From Nostoc punctiforme PCC 73102 (GTDB lineage Bacteria > Cyanobacteriota > Cyanobacteriia > Cyanobacteriales > Nostocaceae), in the NCBI RefSeq assembly GCF_000020025.1, contig NC_010628.1, positions 2,640,001 to 2,672,000 on the forward strand: a DNA stretch of 32,000 nt, written 5' to 3'. Position numbers and translations under genes: made by a program. The notes below the pieces were generated by a model. That model did not search any database. It had not been told where the DNA came from and saw only the letters and a program-made list of their open reading frames with translations. Positions 19,201 to 25,680 of this stretch are shown piece by piece (position 1 is the stretch's first letter; each line of letters begins with the position of its first letter).

Positions 19201-19933
19201 GTTGAGTTAATTCATCAGCCTTAGTAAAGAGTGACTTTTTAGCAGGATAGTTCTGATAGAGAGTTTGTAAAGTCTGGTAATCATAAGCTCCCTGACCGGG
19301 GAATGTGAAGACTATTTTATTTTGAGCTAAAGGATTTACTTTTGTAATATTGACTTTATCTAATGTTAAAAAATAAGTATCTACAATCTGCACTCCCGAA
19401 GGATCGTTAGCTAGATTTCGACTGGTTATGAGTTTACCTAATTCACAAACTTCTGGTGTGAAAATCTTCTTAATTTCCTTTCCACCTGCTACTACTTTTT
19501 CTGCAAACGGCGGATCTAACAACCGCTCAATTAGACCGAAGTTTTGCAACACATAATCAACTAGTACAGGCGGAATAGGAATCAGTTCACCTGTGATTCT
19601 GGAAGTGAATACAAGCACCTGATATCCACAACAAACAGGTGTTCCGTCTTCACGAATTACCCGAAAACACAATCGAGTAGTAGACCTTGTTGGCTCATCA
19701 AAAGTTAGAAGAATAACTACACGCTCACCCAGTCCTACAGGTGCCATATTCCGGCTATATCCTTGCTGGGTTAGAATGACAACATCTTGAAAAGTTTCTT
19801 TATTAAACAGTCCGCCGAAAAAGAAGTGCTCCCGTGCGATACACTGAAATCGGAAGTTAGTCAGATAATGATGGGAACCATAGGCCATTGTGTCTTCAAA
19901 ATGAATCTGATACGGAACAGCTATGTAGCTCAT
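13241..19933 (-). CDS. Type I PKS / PUFA-synthase-like megasynthase: hotdog-AT-KS-CLF-KR-DH, no ACP in cis
   Basis: 2230-aa uninterrupted ORF. The ATG at 19933 is preceded by AAGGAG (complement of 19940-19945). Domain motifs are listed in the six sub-features that follow. Confidence 0.9.
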   Translation of the reverse strand: MSYIAVPYQIHFEDTMAYGSHHYLTNFRFQCIAREHFFFGGLFNKETFQDVVILTQQGYSRNMAPVGLGERVVILLTFDEPTRSTTRLCFRVIREDGTPVCCGYQVLVFTSRITGELIPIPPVLVDYVLQNFGLIERLLDPPFAEKVVAGGKEIKKIFTPEVCELGKLITSRNLANDPSGVQIVDTYFLTLDKVNITKVNPLAQNKIVFTFPGQGAYDYQTLQTLYQNYPAKKSLFTKADELTQRYLGYSFLTLIQAQSNDEHQFLLQQCPDLDQIGILLTNIIIAELLIEQGLHPDILVGHSFGELTALTIGGVFDFETSVEIVCQRIQVLRNFASNIGGMMAIACGAQRLTELFSAIKKTALTVAVINHPQQIVLSGLYTELQQVESELVPLGISCTFLKSRYPFHSALLAPAVASFCSSLQQFSFQAPKIPVYSPINKAFYTANTDFPQTLAAHFIQVVNFSQAVKILQQQGVHSFIECGASRVLTKLVQKNLPSEPEAIAQSVMSDDRNIIEGLQHIVQTYSGQLSHPQPTPENNEKLHPVVDEAFEYGKWEIEPEEVTAFSSAALSSDSDTNGTNVPIAIVSMGCLLPGADSPQAYWRNIQDGVTGIVDLGLIDPSLVPDFMSDGSVIPEKTYTLLSGRINQVEYEKGIPYSLEEFNNLTRGQQLLAKALAQCLNPIHQQVSATKKVHCLLGSTADGIKEYDEALFAESLKYFVEKLDEPEQLRTTFSNSLQTLLGRKSGEHEFLAPDLCYKRVVQKFLGDGVKTLLLDAACASSLYTVDIGIKLLQNHESDLVLSGGVFAPGVAMNCLFAQFKGLSATGSRPFDATADGVVFSEGAAILALKRLPDAIAAGDRIHGIIRGVGTSSDGKSAAVNVPTKVGQVLACQRACENAQINPNTIQYIEAHATATPVGDGTEFKSLSEVFDKREANLPPIYLGSVKALIGHTGWVAGTASIIKVCQALKAQTIPRQYNYKSPNKDIELQGSCLSIPTTPLPWPNNIAGQPRRAAVNGFGFGGTNANLIIEAYDPSYHRQFSQRPNTHSLRRPLALVGIGTLFPSLNGLQENSVPDIQVKQFARETLQLPVKRRLLPDVTDRMDASQYLSVMATEKALRGLGEKALALQSRTGVVIGMPGKTGRGITVNERLFLDRLRRLLQSKPGHFSQSDIDFERLCQKLFTAIQQANSPSSPYTLIGSMPNITAGQVCNLFNFNGPNIVIDAGIDSLLETLRIAELMLMSHDCDLILAGSINGYVGHGAHTSGKDMPTGEAACILALTTIEIAQSHGFPILSTLDVNTSGIQESIVEVAGSNIPIDFYGATGVVEIARAVERVSQSREVVAVEWKSASQGQITFSPFPAPQETANEKYIGTQDINSQSLHQTPTHFYTPSLFPATVEKIAVPRPLEKRQILFLTDQPELWTALAQTQMLKDLNYIVACPANKAIADAIQIDLTSEDAIKATVQKLDFSRYDTIVAIKNLNAISDEQLISIDDSDSLLNLLFAVVRHSYPQLQTGDSALATLCLNAWKTGQLSPYTGLLAGFIKSVARELPKCICKSINTGAASIKDAWQQLDTELNSQPGKPVEVSYMNGDRQIFQLVSLAEVTKDHTPVLNQNSVVITTGGGRGVTAVLMEEVLQRFGCTVVLLGRTDLKSVPAEVLELDEADFAQYESRFYQEQLHRERSQKMPALKAQIEYYQAARELHHTLKHLSALPGRFEYVNVNITDVEAVNQVVAKVVKTYGRIDLVVHGAGIQTSKLLPKRTFTEFQRIIATKLSGLKNLYNACHQYAPNNKVHFHLLTSAFSYIGNDGQPDYGAANEFMNRFAAYMDSSLLTGSWSTIAWLGWAGIGMTRGSEYAVLSQERGLHAIQAEEGQQLFSLLLNGQATAPINVLLTEGEKNYYQIDVVTAQNNLSPGLAKLENKLANKTEENILITPREHIANTKKFSDERQWYVSIKTAPYLLDHLVNDVPTMPATFEQELAAQAAQALRPNLQLIAIENSKFSRFIKFFNEQEILLKTQATIVTEKNHETVIHVKLLSDFIHKNGTLLQKDCVHCEMDIRLAANTQAIVGRYETWNGFEGETIQEPYMNPNSPVRLKGMFDCINNIVIGSNRRRAKFRLKNTTQLRLTSDFCTPAILIDAMLRVATSSGDSNDPRAVFVPQGWKKITLTPDLNDWKLNQLHQELFLVGSNSQKTGDTLYCDWLQVMDANDRVLVLMEEAIGLQKSTQLARL
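13259..14101 (-). other. PKS-type dehydratase (DH) domain
   Basis: aa ~1945-2225. The motif LLDHLVNDVPTMPATF follows HxxxGxxxxP with Asp at the Gly position. The distal motif is PAILIDAMLRV. Confidence 0.65.
14264..15091 (-). other. Ketoreductase (KR) catalytic subdomain
   Basis: aa ~1615-1890. Motifs are VVITTGGGRGVTAVL (NADPH site), GRIDLVVHGAGI and SAFSYIGNDGQPDYGAANEFMN (Ser...Tyr-x3-Asn). A probable structural KR subdomain precedes it at aa ~1410-1600. Confidence 0.8.
15899..16786 (-). other. KS-like chain-length-factor (CLF) type domain lacking the active-site Cys
   Basis: aa ~1050-1345. It has a KS-like fold start LALVGIGTLFP. The position aligned with DAACASS reads IDAGIDSLL, with Ile in place of Cys. 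Confidence 0.7.
16844..18190 (-). other. Ketosynthase (KS) domain with an intact Cys-His-His triad
   Basis: aa ~582-1030. Motifs are IAIVSMGCLLPGA, DAACASSLY (Cys777 = complement of ACA at 17603-17605), EAHATATPVGD, GHTGWVAGTAS and NGFGFGGTNANLIIE. Confidence 0.9.
18434..19321 (-). other. Acyltransferase (AT) domain
   Basis: aa ~205-500. Motifs are FTFPGQGAY, the active-site GHSFGE (Ser302, nt 19028-19030) and YPFHSALL. Confidence 0.85.
19529..19933 (-). other. N-terminal 4HBT/YbgC-like hotdog-fold domain of the megasynthase
   Basis: aa 1-135. IHFEDTMAYGSHHYLTNFRFQCIAREHFF resembles the YbgC/4HBT lead motif (V.YEDTD..G.V.H..Y). The second Asp of EDTD is Met here. Confidence 0.6.
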
Positions 19934-20258
19934 GCCTAACTCCTTTTAAAGCTTTACCGATCAAAGATATAAACAAGTATTTGAGAACTAGCAGTTTTGT
20001 TCAACATCATCATTAGTCAAAAGAAGGGTTACTATACCCATCTTGATTTCTAAATTCACTTTGGCTAAACAATATCATCATTTTCCAAAGAAATAGATGA
20101 GGCAATGTCTATGACAAAATACCTGGCATAGCACTAAGAAAAACTTGCACGGCAGAAATTGAAATTATAGTAAACTTGGATATATTAATAGCTTTATTGC
20201 TTAGCTAATCACATCAGGGATTATATGGAACTTATGAATATTTGAATTTTAGCCTAAG

Positions 20259-20302
20259 TATGTAAATATTTATTGATATAATCCTTAATAAATATTTACA
20301 TA
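20259..20302. repeat. Perfect 16-bp inverted repeat with a 12-nt spacer
   Basis: TATGTAAATATTTATT (20259-20274), spacer GATATAATCCTT, then AATAAATATTTACATA (20287-20302). It lies about 330 nt upstream of the megasynthase start. Confidence 0.9.
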
Positions 20303-20693
20303 TTTTACAGAATAATTATTTTCTGCATCCAAATAAGGGACTTCTAAAGAATAATTTATCCAATAAGTAGGGGCACGGTACCGATCAAATGTCTGTTTCA
20401 CCAAAAATCTGCTGTTGAGAAAAGTTAATCTCTGCAGTGATTTGGTCAAATAATTCTTCTGGTGATACAATACCTCTGCCAAATTACGAGGATCCAACGC
20501 CCGTAGAAATGGGATGAATACGACCTAAAGCAGTAAGCTTGGCAAAAATCTGGGTTAATAAAATAGGCTCAGGCATTTCAGGAAGCATTTTTAAAATTTC
20601 ATGGACATATCGAAGAATTAAAAGAGAGGATTAGAAAAATTTTTAACAAGCGCTTTTTCCGAGTTTGTGAGAAATCCGGGCTCCTGACTTTTC

Positions 20694-21056
20694 ATGGCAT
20701 GTGGAAAAGGTTATTTTGATGGTTTCCCAAGCCCTTTATCTTAACCTCTCACCGATGCAACTGTTGTCATGGATAATTTCAGTTCTCACAAAGTCACAGG
20801 TATAAAGGAAGCCATTGAAGCCGTTGGGATAAGACTGGTGTACTTATCTCCTTATTCTCCTGATTTTTCACCGATTGAAAACTGTTGGTCAAAGGTGAAA
20901 GAGTTTTTGCGTAGGCGTAACCCGCCGCAGGCATCGCTTGCTGCTAGAACATATCTTGAGTTAGACGAGGCCATTACAAATGCTCTGAATGCAGTAACTA
21001 AAAAAGACATTATTGGATGGTTTACCCACTGCTGTTACTGTATTGCACCCAACTGA
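20694..21056 (+). pseudogene. IS630-family transposase C-terminal fragment
   Basis: Frame 3 reads MACGKGYFDGFPSPLS-stop-PLTDATVVMDNFSSHKVTGIKEAIEAVGIRLVYLSPYSPDFSPIENCWSKVKEFLR...ARTYLELDEAITNALNAVTKKDIIGWFTHCCY. This is the VVMDN..HK ... YL(P/S)PYSPD..PIE..WSK.K DDE tail typical of IS630. The N-terminal two-thirds are missing, there is an in-frame TAA at 20742, and frames break further upstream. Confidence 0.7.
20909..20941. repeat. GC-rich short dispersed repeat, copy A (inside the IS630 remnant)
   Basis: TGCGTAGGCGTAACCCGCCGCAGGCATCGCTTG. It translates in frame as the extra peptide RRNPPQASLAA, between FLR and RTYLELD. Confidence 0.75.
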
Positions 21057-21278
21057 GAACCGCCATAATTGCTGATGTACTGCTATTGGTATCTAAGCAT
21101 TTAGATATTCTCAGCATCAAAGCGAAAATGCAAAGAAAGTTAAGGTAGTTAAGAAAGTTAGCAAAAAATTATTTTAAACTGAAAATAGATTATAGCTAAA
21201 TACTTGATATCAAATAGCTATTAACTGCTCTTTTTGAAAACGCGGAACTAAAATTTTCTCGAATTTGATCCTGTACTA

Positions 21279-21311
21279 CTGCGATGCCTATGGCGGGCTG
21301 CGCCTACGCAG
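21279..21311. repeat. GC-rich short dispersed repeat, copy B (opposite orientation)
   Basis: CTGCGATGCCTATGGCGGGCTGCGCCTACGCAG. Its reverse complement matches copy A at about 28 of 33 positions. It is flanked by the 7-bp stem TACTGCG/CGCAGTA and lies 37 nt beyond the stop of the 21348-22763 gene. Confidence 0.75.
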
Positions 21312-21347
21312 TACTTGATATTGAGTGAGTGCCTTACTATTGCTCTA

Positions 21348-22763
21348 TCAAGCAATTGTCGATAGCTGTTTTGCAAAATAGGCCTGGTAGAGTCCGTAGC
21401 GGGGTAAGATGCGATCGCCCTCAAAGCGAATTAATCCCAAACCTTCAAGCTTATAAGTGTCAATAGGATTAAGAGAAATACTTTGCGTTGCTGCCAGAAT
21501 TTCAGCATAAGCCTTTGCCAATCTAGGATTTTCTTGCAGTTTGATCAACTGTCGCCATAAATGATCGCGGTAGATGCCACCATTGGCGATCGCATCCTCT
21601 ACTATTTCTTGCAGGGTCATTTCGTGAGACCTAAGATAGTACAAACTAATCTGAATTAGTGCTGGATGTCCTCCTACTAGTGACATTAGTTGGGCAAAAT
21701 CTTTAGCTTTAAACGAGTCTAAACTATACCGCCTAGCTAAATCTTCTACTTGTGGTTGAGTAAAATCGTTCAGACGAATAGGTAGACCAATATTAAAAGG
21801 AGAGAGGTTAATATCCATAGAGATATAGTCTTCGGTTGAGTAAACCATTACTAACCTCAGCTTTTGCCAGTTGGGATTGTGTCGTGCTTCCTCACACCAT
21901 GACCTCAACAAAGCAAAAAACTCTTGACAAATGTGAGGATATTCAAAAAAACGGTCAATTTCATTCAACACTAAAACCACTGGGCTTTGACATTGCTCGA
22001 GCAAATAGTTTTCTAAATAGAAGCCGCTACTCAAGTTGTAGCCAATTTCTTCATTCCACTTTTCCTTGAGGTTGGGGTCAATACCTAATTGAGTTGCAAT
22101 TTTCCAGCAAAGACGACGCAACAGTTTATTTAAATCAGTTAGACACTCACTATCGAATTGGTAGCAATTCAGATTCACAGTCTGATATCCAAGTTTCTGT
22201 GCAAAGGCACAAAGCCGCAACACAAGAGAACTTTTACCCATCTGTTTGGGGGATTTAATCCGAATCACGCAGCCACTAGTAGTTACTTCTCGATAAACCT
22301 TTCTCTCTAGTGGAGGACGTTCAATATAAAAGTGAGAATCTAAAGGTACGGGGCCATCCGGGTATGACCAAAGATTTTCTATCTGTTCAGTTTGTGTATG
22401 ATGTTCTTCGACAAATGAGGTTAATTCGGAACGTTGAGATAAATCTTCTTCTATATTTGTAATAGACAATAACTCAGATGTTTCAGTCTCATTTGCTTTG
22501 TTGACTATGGTGTAGTCTTGGCTATGTAATTCTATATTAAAAGCGCTAAAGCAGAGTTTTATAGTTTTTTGATCTACACTTTCACTTAAAGACCATAATT
22601 TACTCAAAGTTCTAGTAGAAACATTAACGCGCGAACTTATTTCTTCTAAACTCAAGTGTTCGCCTTTATTTTCTACTATCTCCACAGAAAGAATTGCTGA
22701 TTGTAACCGTTTAATTCCTGTAGAAGTTAGTACAACTCCACGTTTGCGTTTAGTTTTATACAT
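21348..22763 (-). CDS. HTH domain plus AAA-like ATPase domain protein (AAA_35/PF14516-type, uncharacterised family)
   Basis: 471 aa. The N-terminal ~75 aa look HTH-like (KRKRGVVLTSTGIKRLQSA...LSLEEISSRVNVSTRTLSKLW). An acidic/Ser-Thr linker follows. The ATPase part reads YIERPPLERKVY, P-loop SPKQMGKSSLVLRL, Walker-B-like VVLVLNEIDRFF, SPFNIGLPIRL and LVGGHPALIQ. Confidence 0.75.
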   Translation of the reverse strand: MYKTKRKRGVVLTSTGIKRLQSAILSVEIVENKGEHLSLEEISSRVNVSTRTLSKLWSLSESVDQKTIKLCFSAFNIELHSQDYTIVNKANETETSELLSITNIEEDLSQRSELTSFVEEHHTQTEQIENLWSYPDGPVPLDSHFYIERPPLERKVYREVTTSGCVIRIKSPKQMGKSSLVLRLCAFAQKLGYQTVNLNCYQFDSECLTDLNKLLRRLCWKIATQLGIDPNLKEKWNEEIGYNLSSGFYLENYLLEQCQSPVVLVLNEIDRFFEYPHICQEFFALLRSWCEEARHNPNWQKLRLVMVYSTEDYISMDINLSPFNIGLPIRLNDFTQPQVEDLARRYSLDSFKAKDFAQLMSLVGGHPALIQISLYYLRSHEMTLQEIVEDAIANGGIYRDHLWRQLIKLQENPRLAKAYAEILAATQSISLNPIDTYKLEGLGLIRFEGDRILPRYGLYQAYFAKQLSTIA

Positions 22764-22960
22764 TGCTGTTCCAGGTATTTATTATCAATGAGTGTCACAA
22801 GAAATAATTTTTTCTATTTCATACTGAAACTGGAATTTAACGTAGCAATTTTTGATACACTCTCATTTTATTTTTTCTTAAAATCCATAGGAACTCTAAT
22901 GAACTAAGTTACATTATATTAGCTTGATAGTAAACACTGACATCAATTATGTATTTCTCC

Positions 22961-22987
22961 TACTTTTCCCACTTTTCCTACTTTTTC
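22961..22987. repeat. Three tandem 9-nt units (T/C)ACTTTT(C/T)C
   Basis: TACTTTTCC, CACTTTTCC, TACTTTTTC. They lie 198-224 nt upstream of the ATG at 22763, on the opposite strand to the gene. Confidence 0.8.
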
Positions 22988-23342
22988 ACTCGGTGTTTTG
23001 ATGGTAGTCTTGCAAAAACTCTTTGAAGAAATGAAGTCCTAGTATTTACCTGAATTTGTACAAATATGATTAAATAATGTAATATTTTTAGCTTGTATAA
23101 TTTATGACTTTTTGTTGGGTGTAGCAAAAATATTATCGCTTTAGTAGAACTCTAAATACTAAGTATTGATAGTTGTGGAACTACTTGTAATCAAGACTTG
23201 GTTGAAAAATTGGCAGAAATTATGCACCAGCAAAGTCCAAAGATATACGACTAAATAGTGTATAATTTAGTACTATTTGATAATTTTTTATTAGACAAGC
23301 AATGCAGAACTTGCCTAACAGATGTATTCTGATTACTAGCTT

Positions 23343-24503
23343 CTACCAAGAAAAGGGAAGATTTTCTAACTGTCTTGATACCCATTGAGGAGTGAAAACA
23401 CTCCGGTAAATCGGATTTTTAACTCTCAGATAGCCGTTATAATTTCCTACTAAACCAGATAGAAACAGTTGCGTTTGTTCTTCACTATTATCGGCTGGTA
23501 TCAAGTTCTCTATCGGGTTCCTATTCCTTAGTTCCTCTACTTGTAACACCCGTTGATAAATGTTTAATAACTTTCCTGCTTTGTGTTCGTCAAAAAGTAA
23601 GCGATCTCTTATGGTACGGAGATGTTCAGGTTCATCTTGGAATTCCCAATGTTGAATAATGCGCGATCGCACCAATTGTTCTACCCAATATCCTTCAGTA
23701 CCCTTCGGTATGGTAATCGTTCCTTTATAACTTTCTAAGGCAACTTGCACAACTAACTGACAAAGCTTTTGCGTGAGAAACGGCTGTCCTCTTGTCCAAT
23801 GAATAATATACGCCAATATTGCCTGTGGCTGGCTGACTACTTTTTCTAAACCTTCAACTAAGGTCATAACTTCATGTAATTGAAAGTCACATAATTTAAT
23901 TGCTTGACCAATGTTAAAGGGAGTTCGATGTCGACCAACAATTAGGTTAGATGGACTGGCTACACCAAACAAAGCAAAACCCAAGCGTTGAAAACTTGGT
24001 TTATATGCTTGCTGCTCATAACAGTAACTAATCCAGATCAAAAAATCGTTGGCCGGAAAATTCAAACTTAGCAAGCTATTAATATTATCGATAAAGATGA
24101 AAATGCGATTATTTTGAACTTCTCTCAGCAACACCTGTTCAACAAATTGATATAGTCGTTGTACAGGATCAAGCTCTGATTGTTGCTCCCACCAACTTTT
24201 AAAGTTGACCTGTTTTGTCAGATTTAACTTGTGAAACAGGCTGAAAATAATGCCTTTATACCATTGTATAGGTGTAATTTGATTAGTACCTAATAGAGCT
24301 AAATTCAGATAAACACATATATAATTTTCTTTTTCTAAGAGATGAATAGTCCGGTGTAGTAGAGATGATTTACCTGTTTGGTGGCAGTTGAAGACATAAC
24401 AAAAATCTCCTGTTTTTAATCCAGTATAAAGTTGTTCGTCTGCTTGACGGACAATATATGTAGAGTCATCATATTTAAGGCTACCACCGACTTGATATCT
24501 CAT
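23343..24503 (-). CDS. AAA-like ATPase domain protein (AAA_35/PF14516-type, uncharacterised family)
   Basis: The track ORF extends to 24569. I prefer the internal ATG at 24503 because MRYQVGGSLKYDDSTYIVRQADEQLY matches the usual N-terminus of this family as I recall it. Other motifs are P-loop NCHQTGKSSLLHRT, Walker-B-like IFIFIDNINSLLSL, RTPFNIGQAIKL, WTRGQPFLTQKLCQLV, and the C-terminal LSGLVGNYNGYLRVKNPIYRSVF. Confidence 0.75.
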   Translation of the reverse strand: MRYQVGGSLKYDDSTYIVRQADEQLYTGLKTGDFCYVFNCHQTGKSSLLHRTIHLLEKENYICVYLNLALLGTNQITPIQWYKGIIFSLFHKLNLTKQVNFKSWWEQQSELDPVQRLYQFVEQVLLREVQNNRIFIFIDNINSLLSLNFPANDFLIWISYCYEQQAYKPSFQRLGFALFGVASPSNLIVGRHRTPFNIGQAIKLCDFQLHEVMTLVEGLEKVVSQPQAILAYIIHWTRGQPFLTQKLCQLVVQVALESYKGTITIPKGTEGYWVEQLVRSRIIQHWEFQDEPEHLRTIRDRLLFDEHKAGKLLNIYQRVLQVEELRNRNPIENLIPADNSEEQTQLFLSGLVGNYNGYLRVKNPIYRSVFTPQWVSRQLENLPFSW

Positions 24504-25680
24504 AGTCAAGTCAATTCCCATAAATAGGGATACTTGTACTTTTATAACCAATACTATATTTAAACACAAAAATATTCTGATATAATTTCACTATTATACT
24601 CATTATTTTTACTGCAAGTTAAGTTTGAATTGTCTCGTCTTTACTTGAATTCTCTCATGGCGATCGCCCTGTTTCACCACTCTCAGGGAATAGTTTGTTT
24701 CTAACTCTTATGCTATCTGCCGAGCTTTCTATTTATTCCACTTACTTCTTTTTCATTGGGCTGTTGAATTGAAATTTGATAAATCTAGGTTGAGATTTTT
24801 AGCGATGGCGTAACCGCCCAGCATAGCTGCTCGCAACATATAATTCCTCACTCAACTTGTCTTGGTTAGTAAATAACCTGAGTTCGGGATAAATAGATGG
24901 ACATAAATAAAGTGAAGACAGGGCAGGTGAGATACCTATGCCACAAGAGGCTAATTGTTTTATGTAAGATGGGCATTATACCTGCCATAGCCAGTAAAAG
25001 GGTATTTTATATTTAATTAAGTCCATCTACTTATTGGCAATGCAAACAAGACTGCAAGTCAACATAGTTCATAATTTTTCACAGCAGACGTGTAGTAGAA
25101 AATAACAGCTAAATTATTCTATAAAAAAAGCAAATTTTTTGAGAAAAATTATATATTTTTAGATAACTAAAAAGCAATCACTCAAGAGATAGTGCCAAAC
25201 TTAATCACTATATTATTTACAGACTTATCTTCTCTTAGCTAAAAATAAAAATCAAGGAAAGTTAAGACATTTAAGTAAATTATTGAAATAGTTAAGACAG
25301 GAATACTGATCGGTTAAGGGAAAAAGTAGGCTCAAACCCTTGATATATCCTTGTCTATAATTCCCAAAGAGCTTAAACGAGCAGTATTAATTAAGCCAGT
25401 TAATAAAAAAATAAGTAAGTTGCGTTTTGAACTAAAAAATTATTAAAGTAATGACGCAACCATTATAAATCAAGAAAACGCGATTATTACGTAGTAATAA
25501 AAAGCCTGAATTTACTCAAATTTATAACTGGTCTTAAAATTTCCTTTTTGACATTTTGCTTTAGTAACTATTACACTTTTTAATCCATGAAGTGTTTTTA
25601 AAATTGAATCTATCGACCACAGGCTCATCGCTATCACCAGACAAACTAAGCACACCAAAGCTTGAGGTCTCCCAATAAAT

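Noticed and set aside
13241-19933. Reading the megasynthase as an enediyne-type PKS (PksE), prompted by the Asp-less hotdog domain
   Set aside because: PksE proteins are KS-AT-ACP-KR-DH-PPTase with ACP and PPTase in cis and a separate hotdog TE. Here the order is hotdog-AT-KS-CLF-KR-DH, there is a CLF-like second KS, ACPs are in trans and tandem, and no enediyne accessory genes are visible.
20285-20590. Track ORF 20285-20497(-) and an adjoining minus-strand frame MLPEMPEPILLTQIFAKLTALGRIHPISTGVGSS-stop-FGRGIVSPEELFDQITAEINFSQQQIFGETDI
   Set aside because: The second frame looks protein-like but is interrupted by a stop and matches nothing I can name. The 70-aa track ORF is in a different frame and ends inside the 16-bp palindrome. 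It is probably debris of an unidentified gene and is not callable.
21836-22069. Track ORF 21836-22069(+), 77 aa
   Set aside because: It is antisense within the HTH-AAA-like gene and has no motif.
24889-25034. MITE-like imperfect inverted repeat: ATAAATAGATGGAC ... GTCCATCTACTTAT (13/14), with nested GGCAGGT/ACCTGCC
   Set aside because: By my rough estimate a 13/14 local inverted match within 150 nt is expected about once per 32 kb by chance, and more often in AT-rich DNA. The arms need a 15-nt indel to extend. It is worth a genome-wide copy search but is not supportable as an element from this window alone.
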